DNA of 57,614 bases, filler included, from Dirinaria sp. TL-2023a (taxonomy: Eukaryota), in assembly GCA_051941275.1 (NCBI GenBank). It is 6 parts of 6 records of this genome, joined end to end, with 100 filler letters (N's around TTAATTAATTAA, not from the genome) between each part and the next. Parts side by side here need not be neighbours in the genome. Positions count along the whole stretch, not along the records: positions 38,511 to 48,013 come from JAVEBF010001042.1; positions 48,114 to 57,614 come from JAVEBF010001043.1; 4 more parts are not named here. One strand, written 5' to 3'. Positions 46,932-57,614 of the stretch are shown piece after piece. Position 1 is the stretch's first letter. Every line of letters starts with the position of its first letter. The notes under the pieces are model-generated. The model was given only the letters and a program-made list of their open reading frames with translations, ran no database searches and was not told where the DNA came from. A program made the translations under genes and the position numbers.

Positions 46932-48013
46932 ATTGGTCACCTAGACAATTGCAAATAAAAACTTTGCCCGCAGAGCAAATAAGCCTTCCAGAGACAGTGA
47001 AGAGTTGTAAAAAGGATAGATCTGACTAGTAAAGAGTTGTTAAAACGATGAAACCCAAGGGTAAGAGACCAGCTCCTCAGTTTCTGAAAATCGAGCTATG
47101 AACAAAAGACAAAACACTAAACCACGTCAAAACCAGCATTTCTGGATTATATATGATTGAGAGAAGTGGAAAAAATGAACTACAGTCCTGACCAGCTCAT
47201 TTTGTCGTCATAAATGCAACAGAGAACTGCATGCGAATGTAAAAGTCAGTCTCCGCAGCCTTGAAACATTACAGCGTAAGCCTTGACCAATGCGATCAGA
47301 ATGGTGTTCCTAAGGTCTGGAACATGGATATAATATTTTTATCGCTGACTTGTCTTGTTCAAAAGATCGTCCGGAGATCCGGTGATGAGTTTCGGCATGA
47401 AACGCATATGCAGTGAGCGTTTTATATCGAGGGAAAGGAACATTGGGCGAAGCTTCAGCGGCGGAGAAGATCTTATGCCTGGGTTAGATTTAGAGTCCCC
47501 ATCTTCGGCGAAAGATTAGGCGTCTAAGTATCATATCTTTTGTTTCCAAATCGAGGTCTATGAAGCTTCAAAGTGCGCAAGCGCAGGTTATTCAGTTACC
47601 CCCGGCCGTATTGACACTACCTTGTCTCTTAAGGATGATAATCGAGTTTCTCCTGAATCCTTTGGATCTCTGCGACAAGCATCCCTATTTGACTTGTTAG
47701 CCTTGACGGTATTCTGAATTAACATCCACGATTGCCTAGGCTGTTGACATAGCTATCCCACACTTGCCAAGGCTCGAAGCATCGTCCATGTTTCGCCTGG
47801 AAACACGGAATCTTCCCCGAGCCGTGTCAAGGCTGAGGCACAACCTAATACATGTTTCCGGATGTCGCAGCTGGCAAGGGTGGCAAGGCTTTCAAAACAA
47901 CATTGGACGGAGCATGAACGCTAGCTTACGACTGTAGCATTAAATTAAGGTATGGGTAATTAGCGTTTCGTTCTTACGATCGGCGTGTTGCTGCTCTGAA
48001 TCAGGCGCGGTGC

Positions 48014-48113
48014 NNNNNNNNNNNNNNNNNNNNNNNNNNNNNNNNNNNNNNNNNNNNTTAATTAATTAANNNNNNNNNNNNNNNNNNNNNNNNNNNNNNN
48101 NNNNNNNNNNNNN
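48014..48113. other. Artificial contig spacer
   Basis: N44-TTAATTAATTAA-N44. Confidence 0.99.
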
Positions 48114-48747
48114 CGCAGCAACGAGCATGACTTCATTCTTCGCAAATAAAGAATACCACTCGCGCATGATCTTCTCGTCAGACAATACTCAATACACGAC
48201 TGCGCGCGATCGTCTTCAGGCCGCAAAGACTGAAGACATCGTCGGCATCATGCAAAATGTCTTAGAGTTCATGCGCTCGGCGGCGCAGCATTTCCAGCAA
48301 GCGACAAAGGATCAGACGGACAAGCATCGCAAGAAAATCGTTTATAAAGTCGGTGATCAGATATTTCTATCGAGTAAAAACATAAACATCGATAGATCAT
48401 CAAAGAAGCTGAAAGACAAAATGTTAGAATCGTTTCTCATAGTTAAACGTCATGACATCGTTTATGAACTAAAGCTCCCTGATACGATGAGAATACATAA
48501 CGTCTTTCATTCAAATCTTCTGCGCAAGGATCTCGGTGACCCCTTATCTGATCAGGTTCAAGAATCTCTCGATAAAATAATAATCGATGAAGACGATGAA
48601 TGAGAGCTTGCAGATGTGATGAACTCACGGTGATATCATGAACGTCTACAATATCAATGTCAATGAGTTGATTGAAAGCATCGCGATAGAACATGATACA
48701 ATACTGATGACGGTGAGTTTGAGCATGCAAAGAATATAACTAATGAC
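48114..48747 (+). mobile_element. Mutated Ty3/Gypsy (chromovirus) pol relic: integrase C-terminus (GPY/F) and chromodomain
   Basis: TSFFANKEYHSRM (cf. TPFFANxGYHPR), YKVGDQIFLSSKNI..RSSKKL.DKMLESF (cf. RPSKKL..GPF), YELKLPDTMRIHNVFHSNLLR, then E*ELADVMNSR*..RLQY...*VD*..D..*Y with Trp codons turned into TGA. Confidence 0.92.
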
Positions 48748-49058
48748 TGTTACGAGCCTGGCTCTCACTGTTGTTACTCGGGTCATTTTCTACAAGGTTT
48801 TTGTGTGTGGTGTTGAGTTTTGACCTGATCGGGGTTAGCGCATCCGGAGTGGTGGTCGGTCCGACCGATCAGGGTCCAACGCCCACAAATCCATATTATG
48901 CCTGGTTCCAGTTCATAGATTTCTTTTCTTCTTCATGCTTTGTGTATTTAGTTGATAGCACCTGCATAGATCATACCTTCTGCACCGGTCCTGACACTAA
49001 GTACTACTTGATGACTAATAAGATCGTTAAGCTAACCCCAGGGTCTAGAACCCTAACA
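48748..49058. mobile_element. LTR-like segment (311 bp)
   Basis: TGTTA...TAACA inverted termini with sharp composition changes at both ends. No TSD (ATGAC vs AGATA). Confidence 0.65.
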
Positions 49059-49252
49059 AGATAAATAAATTATTAATATAAAAATATTAAAACAACAAAT
49101 AAATTCACTGTTTATTTGATGTATTTGTTTATGAAAAGCAGATAAATTACTCGTTTTTCGAGCTCATAATTTGGCAAAATTAGATGATAAAACGCATAAT
49201 TATTATTTAAAAACTGAGAAAACCACTCATTTATAATATATAAAAAGTCGAT

Positions 49253-49338
49253 CACGTGTCGAATAATGTTACTCGACACGTGACTTCGAGTAATCTTGTC
49301 CAACACGTGACTCCGGGTAATTTTACCCGGCACGTGAC
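49253..49338. repeat. Tandem ~27-bp palindromic units with CACGTG, inside an AT-rich probable transposon relic
   Basis: CACGTG at 49253, 49277, 49304 and 49331; best unit CACGTGACTCCGGGTAATTTTACCCGG. Confidence 0.8.
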
Positions 49339-50348
49339 ATGGAGATCAGCATATAGAATTTTTAACAATGAAATTGAAAAATCTTTCAAATTTATGCGCA
49401 AATTGTAGAGCGTGACTTTTTTTATGATCTTAATGTGAACATTTATTTGCTTGCAGTCGAATTGCACTATGTACAACGCTGCGAAGTTTATAAAATCGAT
49501 TTTTTTCGTGGTCCGACAAAATCGACGTTTTGCCGATTCGGACAAGAATTTTGCAACCAATGATAACCCTGCAGCAGCCCTGAGAGCTTCTTAGGGTTGG
49601 CAGCTTGGCGGGTACGATTAGCCAAACACGGGTACGATTAGAGGTCCCTCTAAGATATCCTGCTATCATGTTGAGCACGACGTGAATAACAGTCAAAAGT
49701 TATTTGAGCAGAGATAATTACTGTAATTTTTGATCCAAGCCAGCTTTTAAAATTGATGATTTTTGGTTGTACAAAATGGCGCGTGTGGTGAGATGAAAAA
49801 ATTTTAGATGCCAAGCTTTCGCAACACATGTGCTCATTAGTTTTAAGAAATTTAGTCTCGGACTTGACTCCTGACAGCGATCGAGGAGGGAACGCCAGCT
49901 CATACTAATCAACCTATATTAGTGCATCAGGTATTCCTATTACAGATTGACGTACTTCTCGAAAGATCGCAATCCTAGCTCACCTTTAATACGACAATTA
50001 ATAAGAGAAAATCATGTTCGTCGAACGAAGCTAAAAGTCTCATACTTCGCAGATATTGATTGGATGGCGATGAAGATTCTGAATATAAGGAGTGTTTTCC
50101 GACGACGATATCATAACGGGATTACGATACTGCTTAAGAAGGCATTACTTAACCTAGCTTGTCATGCCATCTCCGAGGGTCGCGAAGACCCAGTAAGCTA
50201 TAAACCTAGGCATCTTCCTTAGGTCTTACTCTTTAACAGATAGTGTCAATGAAAATACAAAAACTTCTATTTTCTTTCAATGCGAGCTTGAACGGGAGTA
50301 CACATGGTTTGATGATATCGTACTGACCGTTCATCTGCAGCTGGTAAA

Positions 50349-52394
50349 TTACCGCTCTAGCTCCTCATCCAACGCATTTACCTCATCGTCCAGAACCCGC
50401 TGCTCCTCAAAAAGCATAAAGCACTCCTCATCTTCGCCCTGAATCCTATCCCACACCACTCTAACAGTGCGAAGCACTACGTCATCGACCACCAGGCCAG
50501 GCGGTACAGAGGGGAGAGTTATGACGTGCGAGGTTTTAGTGAGTTTTTGGTCTTTTAGGGGTGGAACCTGGTGATGGAGACGGGTATAGTGCAACGTCCA
50601 GAGGATGGAGGATTTGCGCTGGTTGATTTCTCGTTCTGTTTCCAGTTCTGGGCAGAATAAACTGGATGTACGTGATAGCAAGGTGTGTATAGCGAAGCTT
50701 AATAGAGTGGAGGCGGCCGGCTGAGGGTGGGTAGTTTGGCCGTAAATAATAACTGTTTTGGTGGTGGATGGTGCGGTATGGTTAGCAGTTCGGTTCTTTT
50801 TTTTGTCTTTTGAAGTGTGAGGGTATGGGGGATGAGTGTAGGGTGTGGGGAAGGGGGGTAGTTTCGATGGAAGAGGTCAGACTGTCAGATATAATGGTAT
50901 CTTCAATGTTATGTTTTTTGCAGATAATGTAGATAAGTATTCATTTGTAGTCATCATGAGAATGGAATTCTTGGGATGAGGATCTGATCAAAGGATGAAG
51001 AAGGTACTCACATTGTCCAGCAGGACATTCGCCCGTATCGCTCGAGTGTATGGTTAGATAGACGGGGGGCATCTCTGCTGCAGACACGGAGCCATCGGTG
51101 GCTAAAGATCCAGAAGGGAAAACCACTACCGTGGCTGCTGGGGTTGGTGCGCCCTCGGCTGCTAGATGGAAGAGTGGGGAAAGCGGTGAGGAGACAATCG
51201 TGATGCTGTGCGATATTTGCACTTCCTCACATTCACGTACTGCTACAGATTGAGGGAGGTCTTCGACAGAACCGACCAGCCAGTGCGCTTTCAATTCCTC
51301 GCCGCCTTGAAGTCTAATGGTCAGAGGTGGAACTGCTTCCACCACGGCTTTGGGATCATTGCCTGCTTCGGATATCGGATAAGCAGTCTCCCGGAGGGTT
51401 TCCACGCCATTCTTAAGCACATACACTCCACCACCGACGGCGCTAGCTCGACACCCAACCTGCGCAATCTCGGAAAGACAGCCCCATTTCGGTAATACTA
51501 AGCCAAATCCGGGCCCGAACAAGCCGATGGAGGTCAGATAACGATGTATGCGTGGAAGTGCGTATGACGTCAGGGTGTCTGAAGGCGGAGTCTGCGAGGA
51601 TGTCAACGCCAGCAAAGGAGCGTGTAGTACCAGGGGCATATTGAAATGGAACTTTAGGCATTCTGAAAACGGTTTCGAGGCCCAGTCTTCGAGGATGGAA
51701 TGGTGTGCTTCGGCATCGGCAGCAAGCTTCAGGAACTTCATCAGAGGCCTAATTGCTCGAAGATCGAGACTCTTGTCGCTGAAGACGTCTTCGCGGCCTC
51801 CTGGTATTCTTCGGAACTCGCCACTAGGTGTAGCTCCAAGTGGAGTCTTGGTCTCCCCGCTACCACTTGGCTCATGGTTGAAGACCCACCAACTACCAAC
51901 AGCCAGGAACTCGAGCTGCGCATGAACCCTGGATGATACGAGCGCTGGGAGGAGGTTTGAGCGCGTAAATATCAGCTGCGGGCTCAGTGAGATACTGTAA
52001 GCTCTCGAGGAGCCTAAGCTCGCCTGTCCATCCTCTTCATCCGATTTGGTCAGTATCGCATTCCTAAAAGTCGACACTTGCGATGCTATAGACCCTTAGT
52101 TTCGTGCACAAGCAAATGTTAGTGAGATCCGTACCATCGTTGACCTTTTCAACCCACGCTTCCGCCTCTTGTAAGCTCAGTGCAGCCTCTGGGCCGCCAT
52201 AGTAATCGTTCTTGTCGACATGGAGAATCTTCTTGCCGGAGCGGGATAGAGCTCTTACTCAGGCTATGTCAGTCAGAAAGGTCCGCTTTCACTGGATACA
52301 AATTTCACAGGTCCACTTACAATGCTAGCAGAGATTGCTGGAGACCGGTACCCGAGAGTACTACGTCCCATTCTGGTCCCTCGAGCGACTCCAT
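50349..52394 (-). CDS. MRS6: Rab escort protein / Rab geranylgeranyltransferase component A (GDI/REP family)
   Basis: MESLEGPEWDVVLSGTGLQQSLLALALSRSGKKILHVDKNDYYGG (intron 52254-52320), IPGGREDVF, SIGLFGPGFG..PKWG.LSEIAQVGCRASAVGGGVYVL, HSSDTGECPAGQ; four exons. Confidence 0.9.
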
Positions 52395-52886
52395 GATGGC
52401 GAAAGCGAAGTAGGTGGTGTGACAGACAAAAGGATAGGATAAACCCTTCTGCGAAACCCTGCTGACTAAGCACTGGACCCTTTGTCAAAACCATTGACCG
52501 CAGGGCATACTCAATTCTCTTTACAGCCACATTACTAAGAAAGTAGCATTCAGTTTGCACCGGACGAGTGCTGCTTTCGGCTGAGTCTTCACTGACTTTC
52601 AGCGTCTTTGTGGAAGATGAATTCTTCTCAAAAAAAAGCCCTCCTGTATCTGCTGCTCTGGACTCTCATTTGAAGGAAGCGGTTCGTTTGTGATGGCACA
52701 TGTTCCATGAATGAGCTCTGACCGAGCTTCCAGGTAATCTGGCCATCAATTTCAATTTCATTCTTCTACCCACAATAGTCTCCTATTTTGCTTGCAACGC
52801 TACGTCTTCGCCAGAGTCTATCAACACTCCTCCAATTTCCCATCCACTTCCAGACTCCATCCACCTCCCAAAGCTATCACTCCAGC

Positions 52887-54023
52887 ATGACAATCCACCC
52901 CGCTGGCTCCTCCTCATCTACCTCCCACACTCTCTCCTTCCCGGCCCAAACCTTCGCCAAGCTCTCCCCATATCCGTTTCTATACGCACATCTCACTTCC
53001 CCAGGCGGGCCACGACGTCCGTCTGGCCGCAAAATTTCTGAGTGCCGCACTCCCAGAATCCATCCCGGCTCCATAAACCATGCTTCTGGCAGCGCAGTCG
53101 TTCGTGTAGGTGACAGTGCAGCGGTATGTGGCATTAGGGGGGAGGTACTATTGACAAAGGACGTCGCAGACTGGAAACATCCAGAGTCAAGCTCTCTGAA
53201 TTCATCCACCCAGCCCCAAGAAAAAACATGGGAGACCCGTAGATTAGAAGCGGACGAGATTTCTTCCCTCAGCCTCCTTGTTCCAAATGTCGAGCTCTCC
53301 ACTGGCTGCTCCCCTTCACACTTGCTCGGCTCTCCACCTACGGACTTAGCCCAGACCTTGTCCTGTCGCGTTCTCACGCTTTTACACACTTCTCAACTGA
53401 TATCAGTCGATGATCTTCGGATATGGCATTACCCGGCCTCATTATCAGCTGCTGCGGCACCGGATCCAAACGATCCCGACTCAGTGACTGTCAAAGCCGC
53501 CAATCAAGCAGAGGAAGATGAGGAAGCCGAGAAGCCAGGAATCAAAGCTTACTGGTGCCTGCAAATCACGATACTATTCATCAGCCTGGACGGGAATCCG
53601 TTTGATGCAGCCTGGGGAGCATTAATGGCTGCATTGAAGGATACAAAGCTTCCACGCACATGGTGGGATGCGGATAGAGAGCTTGTCCTCTGCTCGCCCG
53701 AGCCCGCCGAAGCTCGCAAATTGAATCTAAGCAATTTTCCAATTGCACTTACGTTCGGCATTTTTACTGCAAAGCCTGATGGGCTCCTCAATGCAGCGAG
53801 GCGTAAGGACGTGGAGCAGAACTGGATATTAGCGGATATGGATGCTTTTGAGGAGGGGTGTGTTAGGGAAGAGGTTACTGTGGTTGTCGATGAGCAGCAG
53901 ATAGTAAGAATTGAGAAGGGCGGCGGCGGAGTGGTTGGCATGGTTGAGATGAGGGAATTGGTGGCAAGGGCGGTGGAGAGGTGGAGGGAGTGGAAAGAGG
54001 TCCTTCATAGGATAGGTGGCTAA
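52887..54023 (+). CDS. RRP43: Exosome complex RNase PH-like subunit Rrp43
   Basis: LSFPAQTFAKLSPYPFLYAHL, GSAVVRVGDSAAVCGIRGE, LVPNVELSTGCSP, ISLDGNPFDAAW, DMDAFEE; intronless, divergent from MRS6. Confidence 0.88.
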   Translation: MTIHPAGSSSSTSHTLSFPAQTFAKLSPYPFLYAHLTSPGGPRRPSGRKISECRTPRIHPGSINHASGSAVVRVGDSAAVCGIRGEVLLTKDVADWKHPESSSLNSSTQPQEKTWETRRLEADEISSLSLLVPNVELSTGCSPSHLLGSPPTDLAQTLSCRVLTLLHTSQLISVDDLRIWHYPASLSAAAAPDPNDPDSVTVKAANQAEEDEEAEKPGIKAYWCLQITILFISLDGNPFDAAWGALMAALKDTKLPRTWWDADRELVLCSPEPAEARKLNLSNFPIALTFGIFTAKPDGLLNAARRKDVEQNWILADMDAFEEGCVREEVTVVVDEQQIVRIEKGGGGVVGMVEMRELVARAVERWREWKEVLHRIGG

Positions 54024-56045
54024 GGTGATAGGGATGCCTGTAAACATCTGCTTCAAGGCGCATGTGCATTTGAGATGATCCTTTGACCGAGCAAGAGACC
54101 TCAAAAGTCAAAAATATCCCGAAACAGAAGACCCAAAATGAAGCCATTTCTCCAACCTTAGCTTCGTGAATTGCCACCAAACTCCACTCCTTACCTTTCG
54201 TAGCTGCAACAAATCAACCGCAATCCACCTCCAACCCTCCCCACCGCGCTCTTCCACCTGTCACTCTACTTGTTCAAACGTTCAAGTCTAAATCCCCTAA
54301 AGCCACGTGCCGCTCTCTTCATACGGCTTCAACCCTCCAGGTTTTTTATCATCACTTCATGCTGCCTCTTCTCGCCAAACGATATCCATCTACCAGCATA
54401 TCGACATCTATCTATCGGCTGCTCCAAGTCGATAGAGCTCCCATCTCACTTTCTTTACTACCCCAGAGTGCAAGAGAGTATGAGCGTTGATAGCCCAGGT
54501 TTCGCACTCTGGAAAAGATACAATTAAGCAAGGCTTTCGTGGAAGTGAAGGGGCGGTGTCTAAGTGTGAAGCGTAAGTGCCGGTGATAGGTGTATTCTTG
54601 ACAGGGTTGAAAAGGGAGTGGGAGCTGTTCCTTTGCTTCTTGGGTATAATCGAGATGAGAGATGCACGAATTCGTGAATGCCAAAAAGCTAGGTACGGCC
54701 TGGATTCTTGACTAGAACAAGTTCAGAACATGTGACAGTCCCGTCTTGGACGAAGATGACACAGCGGAAGTAAGTAGCTTCAATGAAGAACAAGGGGCGA
54801 GCAGAAAGATCTTGGGACAGCTTCTCAGACGGAAAAGGTTTTGGTAGGATAGGAGAAACATGGAAATAGTTTTACTCCATATGCAAGAATACTTAAGGTA
54901 GGTTTTAGTTCAGGTTAGAATTTTGATTTTTAGGCACTGCCTGACCGGAAAATCATATTCCGAAAACGGTCGCGGCATAGGGATAATTTTTTGTACGCGA
55001 TTATGCCTAACGTACGGCTTTATTATTCCTTTGCTGTAATTCAGCATAGAAATAGCATGTAGAGTATGTATTTGGGGTTTTGCGCCGAGGTCTTTGGTAC
55101 GATGTATCGAGAGCGTGAATACTAAGGTATCTAGGATACCTTGCGTTGATAACTCATTTTAAGCCGTTACTACAAGTACTTATTGTTGACCAAACGGCCA
55201 GCAAGCTCGGCTTCAAGTACTGTATCGATTGCCAATTTGGGATCTCACGTTGTGGTTGAAACTCGTTGGTCCACTGGCAAATAGTCCCAATAGTCTTTAC
55301 CGTCGATTTGCATACCGCTTGTACACTCCCTATCTGACAGCTGGAGTAAACAAAGCTTTGAGTGGTGTGGGCATCTGGCACAATTTCCATTGAAGTTTAA
55401 GCCTCGAGACAGGGATGACCTGATGCAGGGGAGCTTTCCCGAGTCGTCCTTGAGAATTGGAGCAAACAGGAAACGGCCGCGGGTAGTACGAGTGCGTCAC
55501 GAACAGAATCGAAACCGTATTCGCTTGTTCTTCGTATAGCTCTTATTCCTGGTTACAGACACAATGTAGCATGATGGCTAGTGGTCGTCACATGAACTTT
55601 TCGTTAATTGAATATTGACGCCAGTAAGTGGCTTATCCTTGACAACTGAGATGTCCAGGACGCCCTGACAGAGATTTCAGCCACGATGGCACGATCTCCG
55701 TCAAACGATCAGAAGACCAACTGCGACGGACCTAGATACTGTTCAGATTCTTTGATCTCCCTATTTCCACACAGTCAGCCATCGCTGCTGACTCTAGCCC
55801 TCCAGATCCTCATTTTTGTCGCTCGATAAAACCTTCCGCTCGTTCTGTACTTTCCGAGCTGTGCCCTTCCCGCGGCCGGAGTCGCACGAAAATGGCTTTC
55901 CCCGACGCCAAACCAACGCCAAAGCATGCATAGAGGGGTATAGAATTGCAAACTCATTCTTGAAACTGCGCGGCCAGTAATATAACTTTCATAGGCCGTT
56001 GCGCACGCTATGTGTCTGCGCAAGCCTAAAACTGGGATGAAAATA

Positions 56046-57038
56046 CTACTGAGCTTCCGGGCTTCCACTGGCTCCACCACCACCGTGGCACCCTCGCTCA
56101 TGTCTCTTCATGTTGCTTCTTACGCTGAAGGCCTTTCCACAACCAGGGTGTGGGCATTTGAAAGGCTTCTCTCCAGTATGAGAATGGCTGTGGATCTTGA
56201 GACTAGAAGGCCTTGAGAAAGCTTTGTTGCAGGTCTGACATACGTAACGATCTTGCGACTGCCCAGGAAAATCTGTAGACGAAGTAGGAGAAATATAATG
56301 ATGGTGCTGCCAGGGATTGCTTTGGTCTACTGGAGATCCATCATGCGGGGTTGAAATCGAAGGTGCAAGGGTTGTAGGGATAGTGGGGGGCGGAAATGAG
56401 TTAGGCAGTGGTCGCTGATAATACAGACCTTGCGCCTGTGGCGGCTGATGAGCCGGCAAAGGATAGGAGTAGGATGTCACCCCCGATGGTGAAGGTGGGT
56501 ATGGAGACGCTTGGTACGGTGATTGCGACGTAGGTGCAGCTCCAGGGTGTCCAGGGTGAGATGACGGAGGTGGTTGTCGTTGCAGAGCAGGATCCATATG
56601 GACCACAGGAGCGCCGAAATATGGAGGTACAGACGTAGACGAATGAGAGGATGTTGCAGAGGGCGATTGAGCTAGACGGTCACTGAATTCGGATTTCGCA
56701 GGAGGTGTTGGTGTCGATGTGCTAGCAATACTCAGGGCAGGTTGACTGATGCTTTGGGAGCGAGAATCTGGATGCTGTGAGTCCTGACCCAGCTCCTGCG
56801 GCTGCTTTTCAACCTCTGTATGGAGGATCAGTGGAATTTCGAACTCTGTTATGACTACGCCTGATTTACCGGACTGCTCGTTCTCTGGTACTTCAGACTC
56901 CGACATCCCGATCAAGCTTTTGATTGAAGGTAGGCGCTTGTTGGGTGCTAAGGCTGGTGGCGACAATGGGGATGGAGACGTATGCGTGTGAAGATGCGGC
57001 TGACTGGTGTAAGAGTTTGGGGTCAGAATAGCTGCCAT
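56046..57038 (-). CDS. mtfA: C2H2 zinc-finger transcription factor, MtfA-like
   Basis: DRYVCQTCNKAFSRPSSLKIHSHSHTGEKPFKCPHPGCGKAFSVRSNMKRHERGCH, preceded by WQHHHY and LPSI motifs. Probable 54-nt intron at 56816-56869. Confidence 0.82.
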   Translation of the reverse strand: MAAILTPNSYTSQPHLHTHTSPSPLSPPALAPNKRLPSIKSLIGMSESEVPENEQSGKSGVVITEFEIPLILHTEVEKQPQELGQDSQHPDSRSQSISQPALSIASTSTPTPPAKSEFSDRLAQSPSATSSHSSTSVPPYFGAPVVHMDPALQRQPPPSSHPGHPGAAPTSQSPYQASPYPPSPSGVTSYSYPLPAHQPPQAQGLYYQRPLPNSFPPPTIPTTLAPSISTPHDGSPVDQSNPWQHHHYISPTSSTDFPGQSQDRYVCQTCNKAFSRPSSLKIHSHSHTGEKPFKCPHPGCGKAFSVRSNMKRHERGCHGGGGASGSPEAQ

Positions 57039-57614
57039 ATTCCCTTCATAAATGGGAGTCGTTCGATTTCGTGTTGTGCGGGGTTGTTTGGAGTGATGTA
57101 AAATTGATTGGTGTGAATAAGAGTTATGATGCTCATGTACAATACTCGACAAATTCATATCTTCGGCCAGAACTTCATTAGTCAAGTGCGTAGGAAATTT
57201 GAAAACAGTAGTCGCGAATGACTCGACACCTGCCCAAAATCATGATGCCCCGACCAACAGATGATATAACAGGGAGTCAACGAGATGACGATGCCAGACA
57301 GAACAGCAGCAGCGCGATCCATGCGTGAGAAAATGATCAGGGCTTACAAGATCCACAGCATCAATATCAGATATGGGGGAAGCTCCAATTACTGCGAAGC
57401 GAGCCGTAGTTGTCCCTGGTCTTTTCCTCTTCAATCGAGGATGTCCAGATCGAGGCTCGAAGGAGTCAGCCGGCACATTACTTTAAACAGTGCCTTGCTC
57501 CGATCTCCACGGTGGCAGTTGGAAGATGAAAGGCGGGCTGGAGATCATCAAACATATGCCGGAGCCTAAAAGGGTCGCCCCACTTGTCCGTTAGGGGTGC
57601 CGGCGTTTGATGGG

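Noticed and set aside
45537..48747. Idea that the secreted deaminase-like protein causes the CC>TC repeat mutations
   Set aside because: The protein has a signal peptide, the features are on different contigs, and repeat-restricted double-strand mutation fits a nuclear RIP-like pathway better.

Overview
Eukaryotic, intron-containing DNA from a filamentous ascomycete (Pezizomycotina; the taxon is inferred from the proteins and intron style). The window is not one locus. It is six contigs (9543, 9542, 9519, 9506, 9503 and 9501 bp, i.e. size-sorted) joined by identical 100-bp artificial spacers (N44-TTAATTAATTAA-N44), so no synteny should be read across spacers. Contig 1 holds a hypermutated, apparently coding-derived tandem array with nested LTR relics, plus decayed ORFs. 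Contig 2 holds RDH54/RAD54B and two amino-acid permeases. Contig 3 holds a PXA-domain gene with a probable 1.55-kb hairpin-rich intron, a GT90 (CAP10-like) glycosyltransferase and an F-box/LRR protein ending in CaaX. Contig 4 holds an acyl-CoA-ligase-type A-T-C NRPS-like gene broken by one in-frame TAA, a mitochondrial carrier and partial NSE2/MMS21. Contig 5 is accessory-looking and includes a secreted protein with deaminase-fold (CxE ... C-x-C) motifs next to a Cys-rich protein. Contig 6 holds a mutated Ty3/Gypsy integrase-chromodomain relic, an LTR, MRS6/REP, RRP43 and an MtfA-like C2H2 factor. Best leads: the secreted deaminase-like protein, the giant structured PXA intron, and a repeat-mutation signature of CC>TC / GG>GA rather than canonical CpA>TpA RIP. 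All assignments are by eye; no searches were run.
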